From an uncultured Gammaproteobacteria bacterium (lineage in GTDB: Bacteria; Pseudomonadota; Gammaproteobacteria; Ga0077536), in the NCBI GenBank assembly GCA_938082545.1, contig CALKCL010000014.1:12286-76285 (forward strand): a DNA stretch of 64,000 nt, written 5' to 3'. Under the pieces are notes generated by a model. It saw only the letters and a program-made list of their open reading frames with translations. It ran no database searches and was not told where the DNA came from. A program made the translations under genes and the position numbers. Positions 19,647-29,986 of the stretch are shown here, one piece after another. Numbering within the stretch: the stretch's first letter is position 1; each line of letters opens with the position of its first letter.

Positions 19647-21494
19647 TTAGTTAACTGCGGGGTCAAATTTAGGCTGTGGTGGATTTTGGCTCATGTCATG
19701 ATCGCAAGCCGTCAGTTCACTGATCTTTTCTTTCAGCTCACAGAGATGGTTTTCGTATAATCCGCGGGGAGTTGTTTCTAAGTCGATGCAGAGCTTGGCT
19801 GCTGCTGCTGCTGCCACACCATGCTGTGCCCCATTACCCATATGCTTAGTTGCGGATCCTGCAACGTGCGTCACGCTTATATGCTTACCTGCAGCCATCA
19901 GATTGTTTATGTTAGCGGAGTAGAGGCATCTAAATGGTATGGTGTAGGGCTGTTCATCTCGATTGTCCCAGATCCAATCCTTGAGTCGAAAATCATACTT
20001 CCCTTCACCGTCTTCCCAGGCGCAATGTACACAAAATGCACCATCGTTGGCTATGACTGCGTCATCGAACGTACGGTGTTCTGTGATATCGACTTCGCTT
20101 AATACATAGTCCCCTTTATATCGACAAAACTCACCTTGTGCTGCGACGTGAGCCATCCATTCGAATCTTAAGTTGGCATGCGCCTTGGGCTCAAGTCCCT
20201 TGACGTTAGAAAATGTGCCATAAAGTGCTCGCATGAGATAATCACGCACCATTTCCCCTGATGTATACGGGTCAAGCCATTGCCCATATTCCCAAAAATG
20301 AGTTGCAGGGAAAGTATCGTTTTTACTACCAAAACGAAACTCCGGAGTGGGTGGATTGTTGCCAGCCACTGGGCCTCGACCATTTTCTACTCCTGGCTTG
20401 ACGAGTTGACCACTCAAATTTGCATAATCTTTGGAGATCTCTGTCGCCCAAGGCACCTCAGGGAATGGTACTGGTTTATCCGCCATACTTGTCCGAAAAA
20501 ATAGTGTATTCCCATGATGCATATGATCCGCATCTTTCGGTGCATAGTTTTCTCCATATTCTGACTGAGCCTCTCGACCGAACATGGTCTGAGCTCCGCT
20601 TAGAATAGCTAGCTGTGCGACCCCCGAGGCGTCGATGAAAACTTTACCTGAAATCCGAATTTCGACTCCACCTCGGGCTGCCACCGCATCCACACTTATA
20701 ATTTTGTTGTTTTCCATCTCGGCATGGAAAACGCGTTGCTCAAGAAAAATCGTGGCGTTGCTCTCGCCCTGGAGAATTTGCAGAGCCATTAAATCTCCGT
20801 CTGGAGTGCGCTTGCCTATCTCCTGTAGAACTGAACCTTGGGTACCGCGAGGCATTAGACCGATTTCTTTACTGGCATTTCCTCCTAGAACTGGTCTGTC
20901 ATGAATAAGTGCAACGCTTAAACCCAATCTTGCAGCTGATAGAGCCGCTGCGCAACCTGATATTCCTCCCCCGACTACGACTACATCAAAACTACCTGCC
21001 TCTTTAGGCGAGGGTGACAGTCCGCGTAGTTTCTTACGCCATTGGCGAGCATTTTCATCAACCATAACCGGCGGTGAAATGTCATCAGCACTGAAGTAGA
21101 TCGCGTCGCATCGTCCGTCGAAACCGGTCAAATCATGCAGAGTAAGCTTCACTTTGCCCGTCGGCAAGTCCACGTGGCCTGCAGCTTCCCACGACCAATC
21201 CTTGCCGTTTGCAGCAAATTCATGATCGACTGGGACATCATTAATAAAAAGCTGGAAGCGGCCTGGAGCATGACCGGGGACCCAGTCTTTAGCGCGGACA
21301 AAAAGTTTATATTGACCGCCTATTTCAACTTCAATAGTTGTCGTAGCATCCGCTACTGGACGTCCTAGTCCATGAGCCAAAAGATAGGGAGAGCCCATTA
21401 TTGCTTCAAATTGCGAGTCGATTGTCCAGCCACCGATATCGTCGAAATCCTCTGCCTCAACAAGAATATTTGCAGATTGCATTTTTTTACCCAT
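19647..21494 (-). CDS. FAD-dependent oxidoreductase (PF12831-like) with N-terminal about 140-aa beta-sandwich/carbohydrate-binding-like domain
   Basis: Rossmann FAD motif VVVVGGGISGCAAALSAARLG..GGN; start moved to ATG 21494 (MGKKMQSAN) preceded by AGGAGAA; upstream track ORF extension lacks support. Confidence 0.65.
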   Translation of the reverse strand: MGKKMQSANILVEAEDFDDIGGWTIDSQFEAIMGSPYLLAHGLGRPVADATTTIEVEIGGQYKLFVRAKDWVPGHAPGRFQLFINDVPVDHEFAANGKDWSWEAAGHVDLPTGKVKLTLHDLTGFDGRCDAIYFSADDISPPVMVDENARQWRKKLRGLSPSPKEAGSFDVVVVGGGISGCAAALSAARLGLSVALIHDRPVLGGNASKEIGLMPRGTQGSVLQEIGKRTPDGDLMALQILQGESNATIFLEQRVFHAEMENNKIISVDAVAARGGVEIRISGKVFIDASGVAQLAILSGAQTMFGREAQSEYGENYAPKDADHMHHGNTLFFRTSMADKPVPFPEVPWATEISKDYANLSGQLVKPGVENGRGPVAGNNPPTPEFRFGSKNDTFPATHFWEYGQWLDPYTSGEMVRDYLMRALYGTFSNVKGLEPKAHANLRFEWMAHVAAQGEFCRYKGDYVLSEVDITEHRTFDDAVIANDGAFCVHCAWEDGEGKYDFRLKDWIWDNRDEQPYTIPFRCLYSANINNLMAAGKHISVTHVAGSATKHMGNGAQHGVAAAAAAKLCIDLETTPRGLYENHLCELKEKISELTACDHDMSQNPPQPKFDPAVN

Positions 21495-21701
21495 GATTTT
21501 TGTTTGCTTCTCCTGATGTGCGAAAATTATGAGCGAAACTAAAATAGAATAATTAGATTGTGACTGATATTGTCTAGAAGAGCACTTAATTTTTAAGTAG
21601 AGATTATTGAGCTCCAGCACTAAAGCATGGAAAAATCCGAATGCAAAAGGATGCAAGAAAGTTATTTCAAATTAGATAATGTGTTAGAGACGCTGAAAGA
21701 C

Positions 21702-21728
21702 TAAAACCCTTATTTATTGCGGGTTTTA
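21702..21728 (-). terminator. 8-bp hairpin (TAAAACCC/GGGTTTTA) 40-70 nt 3' of tRNA-Lys, possible tRNA terminator
   Basis: Inverted repeat seen in sequence; the downstream run on the minus strand (GTCTTTC) is only partly U-rich. Confidence 0.35.
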
Positions 21729-21769
21729 GGAGATATGCTTGAAATTTAAGGAATTTAATTGAAGAGTAA

Positions 21770-21845
21770 TGGTGGGCCGTGTAGGATTTGAACCTACGAC
21801 CATCGGATTAAAAGTCCGGTGCTCTACCAACTGAGCTAACGGCCC
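21770..21845 (-). tRNA. tRNA-Lys (anticodon UUU)
   Basis: 76-nt cloverleaf folded by hand: acceptor GGGCCGT/ACGGCCC, D arm GCTC-AGTTGGTA-GAGC, anticodon loop CTTTTAA, T arm GTAGG-TTCAAAT-CCTAC, encoded CCA. Confidence 0.9.
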
Positions 21846-21984
21846 TTCAATTAAAAGTGATCATATAAAAGCAACTTGATATAGTATTCCATCTTATGAA
21901 ATAAGCCTAAGCCTGCTATAGCTATTTTCATTAGACGCAATTTTACATCCGCGTTGGTGCGCATTCTATTGCACTTTCCTAAGT

Positions 21985-22024
21985 AGGCCAAGTGGATTTT
22001 ATCGAAGCAGGCCAAGTAGATTTC
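21985..22024 (+). repeat. Imperfect tandem direct repeat AGGCCAAGTGGATTTT / AGGCCAAGTAGATTTC (24-nt period) upstream of fmdB-aspS
   Basis: Two 16-mers with 14/16 identity separated by 8 nt, 64-103 nt upstream of the fmdB start. Confidence 0.5.
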
Positions 22025-22087
22025 TCAGAGAAGTTTTTCTAGAACGGCTTCCAGTATTTTATGTTGCAAACACAGTAGGGATAAGTA

Positions 22088-22420
22088 ATGCCAATTTATG
22101 AATATCAATGCCAAGCATGTGGTAATAAGTGTGAAATTATGCACCGGATGAGTGAGGGGCCGTCAAAAGATTGTGGCGAGTGCGGTTCGGCGAACTTGAA
22201 AAAATTGATCTCTGCTGTAGGGTTTAAATTGAAAGGGACTGGATGGTATGAGACCGACTTTAAGCACAGCGGAAGCGATAAAAGCAAAGACGAGGGGAGT
22301 AAAACCTCAGGGAAAGAAAATTCTTCCTCTGAAGACAAGAAATCTAGTGGGACAAAAAATGAGACTACAGTCAAGTCCGCGAGCGTTAAATCCAGTAGTA
22401 CCACAAAGTCGTCCGAATAA
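22088..22420 (+). CDS. FmdB-family zinc-ribbon protein with Ser/Lys-rich low-complexity C-terminal tail
   Basis: N-terminal MPIYEYQCQACG..CxxC zinc-ribbon pattern characteristic of FmdB family; tail SGSDKSKDEGSKTSGKENSSSEDKKSSG. Confidence 0.7.
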   Translation: MPIYEYQCQACGNKCEIMHRMSEGPSKDCGECGSANLKKLISAVGFKLKGTGWYETDFKHSGSDKSKDEGSKTSGKENSSSEDKKSSGTKNETTVKSASVKSSSTTKSSE

Positions 22421-22514
22421 GACTTGAATTTATGGTGTCTCATTGCACCAGACTCAAGGAGTACGTATCATGCACCGACTCTTAAGCCCTCAAATTTTTA
22501 GTGTTATTTAGCCC

Positions 22515-24290
22515 ATGAGAACTCACTACTGCGGTACTATAAACGAAACATTGATCGATCAAGAAGTTGTACTGTGCGGCTGGGTGCATCGCAGGCGCGA
22601 CCATGGTGGAGTAATCTTTATAGACTTAAGAGATCGAACCGGAATAGCGCAGGTGGTCATTGATCCTGATACTCCTGATAGTTTTAAATTGGCTGAATCG
22701 GTTAGAGGTGAATATGTTTTGTCTATCTCAGGCAAAATTAGGAACCGACCGTCGGGTACCACAAATCAAGACATGCCAACAGGGATGGTGGAGGTTTTAG
22801 TTTCCTCCCTTACTGTTTTAAACCAATCAAAAACCCCTCCTTTTCAACTTGATGATGAAAACGTTCATGATGATGTCAGGTTAAAATATCGATATATAGA
22901 CCTACGAACTGAACGGATGCAGAAAAACTTGATGCTGCGGGCTAAGTTGAGTCGGACATTTCGGAGTTACCTTGACGAAACGGGTTTTCTAGAAGTTGAG
23001 ACGCCCATTTTAACGAAAGCGACCCCGGAAGGTGCGCGTGATTATCTGGTTCCAAGCCGGACACATCCAGGTCAATTTTTTGCTTTACCGCAGTCGCCGC
23101 AGCTCTTTAAGCAGTTGTTGATGATGTCAGGACTGGATAGATATTATCAAATTGTAAGGTGTTTCAGGGATGAGGACCTGCGTGCTGATAGGCAGCCGGA
23201 GTTCACACAAGTAGATATCGAGGTCTCATTCACCGACGAGCTTTCCATTATGACGATGATGGAGACTATGGTTTGTAAAATCTTCAGCTCGATTTTGGAT
23301 GTTCAGATACCAGCTCCTTTTTTGCGTATGACATATGCTGAGGCGATGAGTGACTATGGTTCTGATAAACCTGATCTCAGAAACCCTTTGAGGTTGACTG
23401 AAGTCGGAGATCTGTTGGTAGATACTGATTTCAAAGTATTTTCAGGCCCAGCAAAGAGTAAAAGTGGTCGCGTGGCTGCAATGCGCATCCCTAATGGCTG
23501 TGGGCTTACTAGAAAGCAGTTAGATGAATACGCTACCTTTGTTGCCCGTTATGGAGCAAAAGGCCTTGCCTATATCAAAGTGAATGATATCGACACTGGT
23601 TCAGAGGGTCTGCAATCCCCCATCGTAAAATTTTTGGATCCGAAAATTATAAGTGATTTACTGAAAAGAGTAGGCTGCGTTAGTGGCGATCTGGTTTTTT
23701 TTGGAGCAGATGAAGAGACGATTGTTAATGCTTCACTAGGTGCGTTGAGAGATAAAGTTGCGGGTGACATGTCCCTGTTAGAAGACGACTGGCGGTTCCT
23801 CTGGGTTGTGGACTTTCCTATGTTCGATTGGGATGTCGCCTCGAAGAGATGGAGCGCGCTTCATCATCCCTTTACCGCTCCGAAGACTGACATCAATGAA
23901 GTAGTTCGAGAACCTAGTAAGGCAATTTCTCGCGCCTACGATATGATACTGAATGGATGCGAAATTGGAGGAGGATCAATTAGAATCCACCAATCTGAAG
24001 TTCAGAGTAAAGTATTTGACCTGCTAGGGATGAGCGAAAAAGAGGCCGAAGAAAAATTTGGATTTCTTACCGATGCCTTGCAATATGGGTGCCCGCCACA
24101 TGGAGGAATTGCGTTCGGATTGGATCGGTTGGCGATGTTAATGGCTGGAGAACAATCAATTAGAGAGATGATTGCCTTCCCTAAAACGCAGTCTGCTGGT
24201 TGTTTGCTTACGTCAGCTCCTAGTGAAGTCAGCATAAAGCAGCTTGAAGAGCTCTCTATCAGGGTCAGGAAGCCTGTTAAGCTAGACTGA
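22515..24290 (+). CDS. aspS: Aspartate--tRNA ligase
   Basis: Class II aaRS motifs ([26 protein letters not shown]), N-terminal OB anticodon-binding domain. Confidence 0.95.
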   Translation: MRTHYCGTINETLIDQEVVLCGWVHRRRDHGGVIFIDLRDRTGIAQVVIDPDTPDSFKLAESVRGEYVLSISGKIRNRPSGTTNQDMPTGMVEVLVSSLTVLNQSKTPPFQLDDENVHDDVRLKYRYIDLRTERMQKNLMLRAKLSRTFRSYLDETGFLEVETPILTKATPEGARDYLVPSRTHPGQFFALPQSPQLFKQLLMMSGLDRYYQIVRCFRDEDLRADRQPEFTQVDIEVSFTDELSIMTMMETMVCKIFSSILDVQIPAPFLRMTYAEAMSDYGSDKPDLRNPLRLTEVGDLLVDTDFKVFSGPAKSKSGRVAAMRIPNGCGLTRKQLDEYATFVARYGAKGLAYIKVNDIDTGSEGLQSPIVKFLDPKIISDLLKRVGCVSGDLVFFGADEETIVNASLGALRDKVAGDMSLLEDDWRFLWVVDFPMFDWDVASKRWSALHHPFTAPKTDINEVVREPSKAISRAYDMILNGCEIGGGSIRIHQSEVQSKVFDLLGMSEKEAEEKFGFLTDALQYGCPPHGGIAFGLDRLAMLMAGEQSIREMIAFPKTQSAGCLLTSAPSEVSIKQLEELSIRVRKPVKLD

Positions 24291-24389
24291 CGTTTTTTTA
24301 ATAGACTGTTTTTTCCCCACAAGCTTGGCATCAATGCTGCTATACGTTGTAGACTGATGAGATTGAGATAGCTGGGTACGAGAGACCGA

Positions 24390-25457
24390 ATGCGAACTAA
24401 TGAAACTAATATCGTCGACTACTTATCTGATTTGCCCCCTGTTCATCACGAAGTTCTTAACAAGGATCGACAAGAACAGCTAACGAGTGAGATTGGAGAG
24501 CTGTTGTTGGAGCGAGACGCTGTCTTGGTAGCTCATTATTACACTGACGGCACAATTCAGTCTTTGGCGGACAGCTCCGGCGGTTATGTTTCTGACTCGC
24601 TGGATATGGCGCGGTTTGGTCGTGAGCATGAAGCGAAGACGTTAGTGGTCGCGGGAGTGAGGTTTATGGGAGAGACCGCAAAAATCCTGAGTCCGGATAA
24701 AACTATTCTTACCCCTGATTTGAATGCGAACTGCTCGTTAGATTTAGGCTGCGACCCGGACGAATTTTCTGCTTTTTGCGATCAACACCCTGATCGCACT
24801 ATAGTGGTATATGCAAATACCAGCGCTCGAGTGAAGGCGCGTGCAGACTGGATGGTAACTTCTGGCAGCGCACTGGATGTGGTTAATTTCCTCCATGAAA
24901 AAGGGGATAAAATTTTATGGGCTCCAGATAGGCATTTAGGTAATTATATCGAGTCTCAGACTGGAGCCGATATGCTTCTTTGGAATGCCTCTTGTGTTGT
25001 GCATGATGAGTTCAAAGGGGATGAGCTTGCTAACATGCGACTTGAGTATCCGGATGCGCGCGTTCTCGTCCACCCTGAGTCTCCTGCAAGCGTTATTGCT
25101 CAAGCTGATTATGTCGGATCTACCTCTGGCTTGATAAGTGAGGTGCGAGAGTCGAGCGCCAAAACCTTTATTATCGCTACCGATAAAGGGATTTTTCATA
25201 AAATGCGAGCGGCCGCACCTACTAAGATACTTTTGGAGGCTCCTACGGCAGGGAAAGGTGCGACATGTCGTAGCTGTGCTGAGTGTCCTTGGATGGCGAT
25301 GAACAGTTTGGTAAAAATTCGAGATGTCTTACGAGATGGCTCAAATGAAATCGTTGTGCCTTTTGACATAGCCCAGCAAGCTCGCATCCCTATTGAGCGC
25401 TTGTTAGAATTTTCTAAGAAGAGAAAGATAGTTGTTATCGGGAATAATGATGCGTGA
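24390..25457 (+). CDS. nadA: Quinolinate synthase NadA
   Basis: VAHYYTD N-terminal signature, three conserved Cys for the 4Fe-4S cluster, about 355 aa. Confidence 0.9.
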   Translation: MRTNETNIVDYLSDLPPVHHEVLNKDRQEQLTSEIGELLLERDAVLVAHYYTDGTIQSLADSSGGYVSDSLDMARFGREHEAKTLVVAGVRFMGETAKILSPDKTILTPDLNANCSLDLGCDPDEFSAFCDQHPDRTIVVYANTSARVKARADWMVTSGSALDVVNFLHEKGDKILWAPDRHLGNYIESQTGADMLLWNASCVVHDEFKGDELANMRLEYPDARVLVHPESPASVIAQADYVGSTSGLISEVRESSAKTFIIATDKGIFHKMRAAAPTKILLEAPTAGKGATCRSCAECPWMAMNSLVKIRDVLRDGSNEIVVPFDIAQQARIPIERLLEFSKKRKIVVIGNNDA

Positions 25458-25529
25458 AGAAGCCGTGCCATCAGTTTTGCTTTCAAATTATTTTATTACA
25501 TACGTTTTCTAGGAGCGATCGACAGAATC

Positions 25530-26282
25530 ATGGCAGGTCATAGCAAGTGGGCAAATATTCAGCACAAGAAAGGTAAAACTGATGCTAAGCGTGGGAAATT
25601 GTTTACTCGACTTATTAGAGAAGTTACGGTCGCTGCTCGTCTAGGCGGAGCGGATGTAAAGGCTAACCCTAGATTGCGGTCAGCTATTGAGACAGCGTTG
25701 TCGGCGAACATGGCGAAAGACACTGTAGAGCGTGCTGCGGCTAGAGGTGCTGGAGATCTCGCTAGCGATAGCTATGAAGAACTCCGATATGAAGGCTATG
25801 GACCTCACGGTGTCGCCGTAGTTGTGGATTGTATGACTGATAATCGCAATAGGACCGTTGCCGAGATTAGGCATGCCTTTTCGAAGTGCGGCGGAAAGCT
25901 AGGTACGGATGGATCCGTTTCGTATTTGTTTCAAAAAATCGGATATCTTTCATTTGGGTCTGAGACAGATCAAGATGCTCTAATGGATGCTGCGATAGAA
26001 GCTGGAGCCGATGATGTATTAGTAGGGGATGACGGAAGCCAGGAAATTTTGATTAAGCCTGACGACTTTCACACTGTTGCAAGTCATATTTTAGCTACTG
26101 GATACGTTCCAGAGACACAAGAAATAACTTTACGAGCCGATAACACTGTTGAGTTAGAGTTAGAGCAAGCTGAAAAAATGATGCATTTTATCGACATGCT
26201 TGAAGAGCTAGATGATGTGCAAAAAGTTTATTCTAATGCAGAGATATCAAATCAGGTCTTAGATGCTCTTGGAGCTTCTTAG
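25530..26282 (+). CDS. yebC: YebC/PmpR family DNA-binding transcriptional regulator
   Basis: MAGHSKWANIQHKKG invariant N-terminus; conserved position upstream of ruvC. Confidence 0.9.
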   Translation: MAGHSKWANIQHKKGKTDAKRGKLFTRLIREVTVAARLGGADVKANPRLRSAIETALSANMAKDTVERAAARGAGDLASDSYEELRYEGYGPHGVAVVVDCMTDNRNRTVAEIRHAFSKCGGKLGTDGSVSYLFQKIGYLSFGSETDQDALMDAAIEAGADDVLVGDDGSQEILIKPDDFHTVASHILATGYVPETQEITLRADNTVELELEQAEKMMHFIDMLEELDDVQKVYSNAEISNQVLDALGAS

Positions 26283-26297
26283 TGTGTTAGGCCTTTT

Positions 26298-26801
26298 GTG
26301 TCATTAATTCTTGGAATTGACCCGGGTTCGCGAATTACGGGATATGGGCTAGTAGAAGCGCTTAGTGGGAAGGTTCGTTGCGTTGATTACGGTTGCATTA
26401 AGCTCGGAACTGGGAGAGTGGAGCTTCGCTTGGCGACACTCTTTCAAGAGCTATTAGATCTCGGCGCCAAGTACCATCTCGTTGAAGTTGCCATAGAAAA
26501 AGTTTTTGTAGGTAAAAGTGTTTCTTCTGCACTGAAGCTTGGCCAAGCTCGCGGAGTCGCGCTAATGTTTGCAGGTAGAGAAGGGCTTCCGACTTTTGAG
26601 TATTCTCCCACTGAAATAAAAAAAGCTACAGTGGGCCGAGGACATGCCGATAAGGCACAGGTACAGCATATGATGAAAGTACTTTTAGGCTTGCAGTCTA
26701 TCCCACCTCCGGACGCTGCTGATGCACTTGCAGTAGCGATCTGTCACGCTCATACTTCTAGTTTCACCGGTCGATTATCTGATTTTGGAGCGGAGCAGTG
26801 A
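26298..26801 (+). CDS. ruvC: Crossover junction endodeoxyribonuclease RuvC (GTG start)
   Basis: ILGIDPGSRITGYG N-terminus, RNase H-like fold residues. Confidence 0.9.
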   Translation: MSLILGIDPGSRITGYGLVEALSGKVRCVDYGCIKLGTGRVELRLATLFQELLDLGAKYHLVEVAIEKVFVGKSVSSALKLGQARGVALMFAGREGLPTFEYSPTEIKKATVGRGHADKAQVQHMMKVLLGLQSIPPPDAADALAVAICHAHTSSFTGRLSDFGAEQ

Positions 26802-27391
26802 TAGGGCGTATCTCAGGGGTTTTACTTGAAAAAGCCGCACAAAAAATTGTCATTGATTGTCTTGGGTTAGGCTATGAACTCGAGACTTCTCTTACCACGT
26901 TTTTAAAGCTACCTGACCTGGGGCAGAAAGTTTCATTGTACACGCACCTCACTATTAGGGATGATGCACATCTTCTCTATGGGTTTTCCAATGAGAGTGA
27001 GAGAGGACTCTTTCGGAGTTTGCTGAAAGTAAATGGGGTGGGGACTAAAGTTGCCTTAGTAATTTTGTCTGGTATGGATGCTTTGTCGTTTGCGAATTGT
27101 GTTCATAACGAAGATGTAGCGCGTTTGAGTTTATTACCTGGTTTAGGGAAAAAAACTTCAGAAAGACTAATTGTTGAAATGCGAGACCGAGTATCTGACT
27201 TTGTAGGTGAAGAAACCGATGGAGCTGGTTCTGCGCTCGCCAGAGACTGCTCAGCTGACGCGATTAGTGGATTAGTTGCGCTAGGTTATAAAGCTCAAGA
27301 AGCTAGTAAATACGTTCACGCAATTGATGCCGGTGATTTGACGAGCGAAAATATTATCCGTGAAGTGTTGAAAAAATTGGTAAAAAAATGA
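26798..27391 (+). CDS. ruvA: Holliday junction DNA helicase RuvA
   Basis: MIGRISG N-terminus, HhH motifs (LLKVNGVGTKVALVIL, LPGLGKKTSERL); overlaps ruvC stop. Confidence 0.9.
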   Translation: MIGRISGVLLEKAAQKIVIDCLGLGYELETSLTTFLKLPDLGQKVSLYTHLTIRDDAHLLYGFSNESERGLFRSLLKVNGVGTKVALVILSGMDALSFANCVHNEDVARLSLLPGLGKKTSERLIVEMRDRVSDFVGEETDGAGSALARDCSADAISGLVALGYKAQEASKYVHAIDAGDLTSENIIREVLKKLVKK

Positions 27392-27394
27392 TAT

Positions 27395-28444
27395 TTGGTA
27401 ATGACGATGTCCGAATCTGAGCGCTTGATCACCGGAGCACCTATGCTGGACGATCGTGAGATGGAGCCATCTATTCGTCCTCAACTATTGATGGACTACA
27501 TAGGTCAGACTAGCGTCCATGAGCAAATGGAAGTTTTTATTGGAGCTGCGAAGAAGCGGAATGAGGCGTTAGATCATGTCTTGATTTCTGGGCCACCCGG
27601 CTTGGGGAAGACTACTCTGGCGAACATTATCGCTAATGAAATGGGAGTTCAGCTGCGTCAGACTTCGGGGCCAGTATTGGAAAAGGCAGGTGATCTAGCC
27701 GCTCTATTGACTAACCTAGAACCCCATGATGTTTTGTTTATTGACGAGATTCATAGGCTCAACCCTTTGGTGGAAGAGGTTCTCTACCCCGCGATGGAAG
27801 ACTACCAGCTAGATATCATGATTGGGGAGGGTCCCTCTGCAAGGGCGATAAAGCTAGATTTACCAAAATTCACACTGATTGGTGCAACTACTAGAGCGGG
27901 ACTATTAACGTCTCCGTTCAGAGATAGGTTTGGTATTTCACAGCGATTAGAGTTTTATTCTCCTCAGGATCTAGCCTTAATTATTCATAGATCGGCTGGG
28001 ATTTTAAATGTGAACATAGATCCGGAAGCAAAAGTAGAGCTGGCTAGACGTTCGCGGGGGACGCCCCGTATTGCTAACCGGCTGCTTAGAAGGGCTAGAG
28101 ACTTTGCTGAGATGAAAGGAGATGGAAAGCTAACTGGCGACGTCGCTAATAAGGCGTTGTACATGTTAAATGTTGATGCTAATGGATTGGATACTATGGA
28201 TCGTAATCTGTTACTTGCAGTCATGGAGAAGTTTGACGGGGGACCAGTTGGAATCGATAGTCTTGCTGCCGCGATAAGTGAAGAGAAAGGCACTATAGAA
28301 GATGTGATAGAGCCCTACCTGATACAACAGGGGTTCTTAATGCGTACTCCTCGTGGCCGTGTTGTGACGTCACAGACGTGGCAGCACTTCGGAATAACAC
28401 CCTCACAGCACAGTAATACTTTTAGAGACGAAGAACTTTCGTAG
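27395..28444 (+). CDS. ruvB: Holliday junction DNA helicase RuvB
   Basis: AAA+ Walker [10 protein letters not shown], Walker [10 protein letters not shown]. Confidence 0.95.
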   Translation: MVMTMSESERLITGAPMLDDREMEPSIRPQLLMDYIGQTSVHEQMEVFIGAAKKRNEALDHVLISGPPGLGKTTLANIIANEMGVQLRQTSGPVLEKAGDLAALLTNLEPHDVLFIDEIHRLNPLVEEVLYPAMEDYQLDIMIGEGPSARAIKLDLPKFTLIGATTRAGLLTSPFRDRFGISQRLEFYSPQDLALIIHRSAGILNVNIDPEAKVELARRSRGTPRIANRLLRRARDFAEMKGDGKLTGDVANKALYMLNVDANGLDTMDRNLLLAVMEKFDGGPVGIDSLAAAISEEKGTIEDVIEPYLIQQGFLMRTPRGRVVTSQTWQHFGITPSQHSNTFRDEELS

Positions 28445-28448
28445 ATGT

Positions 28449-28859
28449 GTGGTAAGAATGAAGGGTGAATCTATTTTTAGGGTTTATTATGAGGATACCG
28501 ATGCGGGTGGTATTGTTTATCACGCTAATTATCTGCGATTTATGGAGCGTGGAAGGGCAGAATGGCTCAGATCTTTGGGGCTTGATCAAAACATCTTGAA
28601 AACGGATTACAGTATCTTATTTGTTGTGATGAAGTCCGAGATATATTACAAAAGTCCCGCCCGACTTGACGATCAGATAAAGGTTTTTACGGAGGTAAAA
28701 CAGTTGAAAAGAGCGAGTGTTATTTTTGCGCAAAGGATCGAGAATTCTCCAGTTCAGCTATGCTTGGCTAATAATGTCTTGGCTTGTGTCGATTCTGAGA
28801 GTCTTTTGCCGAAGCGAATTCCAGCTCAGTTATTAGGTATCTTTGCGAATGGAGACTGA
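28449..28859 (+). CDS. ybgC: Tol-Pal-associated acyl-CoA thioesterase YbgC (hotdog fold)
   Basis: 4HBT-family YEDTDAGGIVYHANYLRFMERGR motif; immediately precedes tolQ. Confidence 0.8.
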   Translation: MVRMKGESIFRVYYEDTDAGGIVYHANYLRFMERGRAEWLRSLGLDQNILKTDYSILFVVMKSEIYYKSPARLDDQIKVFTEVKQLKRASVIFAQRIENSPVQLCLANNVLACVDSESLLPKRIPAQLLGIFANGD

Positions 28860-29526
28860 TCTATCGATTCTTAGTTTGATTTGGGGGGCTAGCTCATTAG
28901 TAAAAGTAGTGATGCTTTTGTTGTTAGGAGCCTCTTTTGTCTCATGGGCTATTATTTTTGCTAAACGACATTTGATTCAGCAGGTTAGAGAAGACATGTT
29001 GATTTTCGAGGCTGAGTTTTGGGGTACCGAGGATCTTACGGAGTTGTACAATACTGTTTCCCAGGACTCCTCCGGCAAAGGTAATGTGATGCAATCTGTG
29101 TTCGAAGCTGGCTTTAGCGAGTTTATGCGACTTCGGGAACAGCAAGGGTTGTTGCCATCCGAAATACTTAGTGGTTCGGAGAGGGCCATGAAAGTAGCAT
29201 TAGGGCGAAGCCTTGAAGCCTTGGAGACGGACTTACCAAAGTTAGCCACTATCGGGTCAGTAAGCCCTTATATAGGACTTTTTGGCACAGTCTGGGGGAT
29301 CATGAATTCTTTCCAATCCTTAGGCAACGTCAACCAAGCAACTCTTGCGATGGTAGCTCCAGGGATATCAGAGGCTCTTGTCGCAACAGCGATGGGTCTT
29401 TTTGCTGCTATTCCGGCTGTTATCGGGTTCAATAGTTTCTCCACTAAAATTGACCATATTTATGGCAGATCAGAACTTTTTATTGAGGAATTTTTGGCAA
29501 TATTGCAGCGACAGGCTAAAAGTTAA
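28843..29526 (+). CDS. tolQ: Tol-Pal system protein TolQ
   Basis: MotA/TolQ/ExbB family, 3 TM, about 227 aa, operon position. Confidence 0.9.
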   Translation: MRMETDLSILSLIWGASSLVKVVMLLLLGASFVSWAIIFAKRHLIQQVREDMLIFEAEFWGTEDLTELYNTVSQDSSGKGNVMQSVFEAGFSEFMRLREQQGLLPSEILSGSERAMKVALGRSLEALETDLPKLATIGSVSPYIGLFGTVWGIMNSFQSLGNVNQATLAMVAPGISEALVATAMGLFAAIPAVIGFNSFSTKIDHIYGRSELFIEEFLAILQRQAKS

Positions 29527-29535
29527 GGAAGCGCT

Positions 29536-29961
29536 TTGAAAACAAGACAGCAGAATCGGCAGCAGCTAATGTCTGATATTAACGTTGTACCTTATATCGA
29601 CGTGATGTTGGTTTTGTTAGTCATCTTTATGGTCACTGCCCCGCTAGTCACTCAAGGAGTAAAAATCACACTTCCGCAGGTGCCTTCAAAAATAATACCT
29701 TCCGAGCAGAGCGAACCGATAATTGTTACGGTCGACTCCGAAGGGAGCTTGTATGTTGATGTAGGAGAAAGCGCTGAGACGGTTATCTCAGAAGAAATGC
29801 TGATTACTCGCGTGGCAGCTATTATTAAATACCGTCCAGGTTCACAGTTTTTACTGAGGGGTGATGAAGCTGTAGATTACGGGCGGATAGTCCGTGTGAT
29901 GGCATTAATTCAGAGCGCTGGCGTTGAGAGCGTTGGCCTCATTACGCAGTCACCAAATTAG
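29536..29961 (+). CDS. tolR: Tol-Pal system protein TolR
   Basis: ExbD/TolR family, single N-terminal TM, about 141 aa. Confidence 0.85.
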   Translation: MKTRQQNRQQLMSDINVVPYIDVMLVLLVIFMVTAPLVTQGVKITLPQVPSKIIPSEQSEPIIVTVDSEGSLYVDVGESAETVISEEMLITRVAAIIKYRPGSQFLLRGDEAVDYGRIVRVMALIQSAGVESVGLITQSPN

Positions 29962-29986
29962 GATTGCTTTGAAAATTTTCCTTTGG

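Noticed and set aside
19535-19660. Searched for a direct repeat of the tRNA-Lys 3' end (TGGTGGGCCGTGTAGGATTTGAACC) marking an island boundary distal to the FAD oxidoreductase
   Set aside because: Only weak similarity was seen by eye (GGGGTCAAATTTAGG versus GGTTCAAATCCTAC). This is not enough to call an att site. No integrase is present.
21495-21656. N-terminal 54-aa extension of the FAD oxidoreductase ORF (MHPFAFGFF...)
   Set aside because: It is AT-rich, hydrophobic and has a nonsense-like composition. An internal ATG at 21494 is preceded by AGGAGAA and begins the globular domain.
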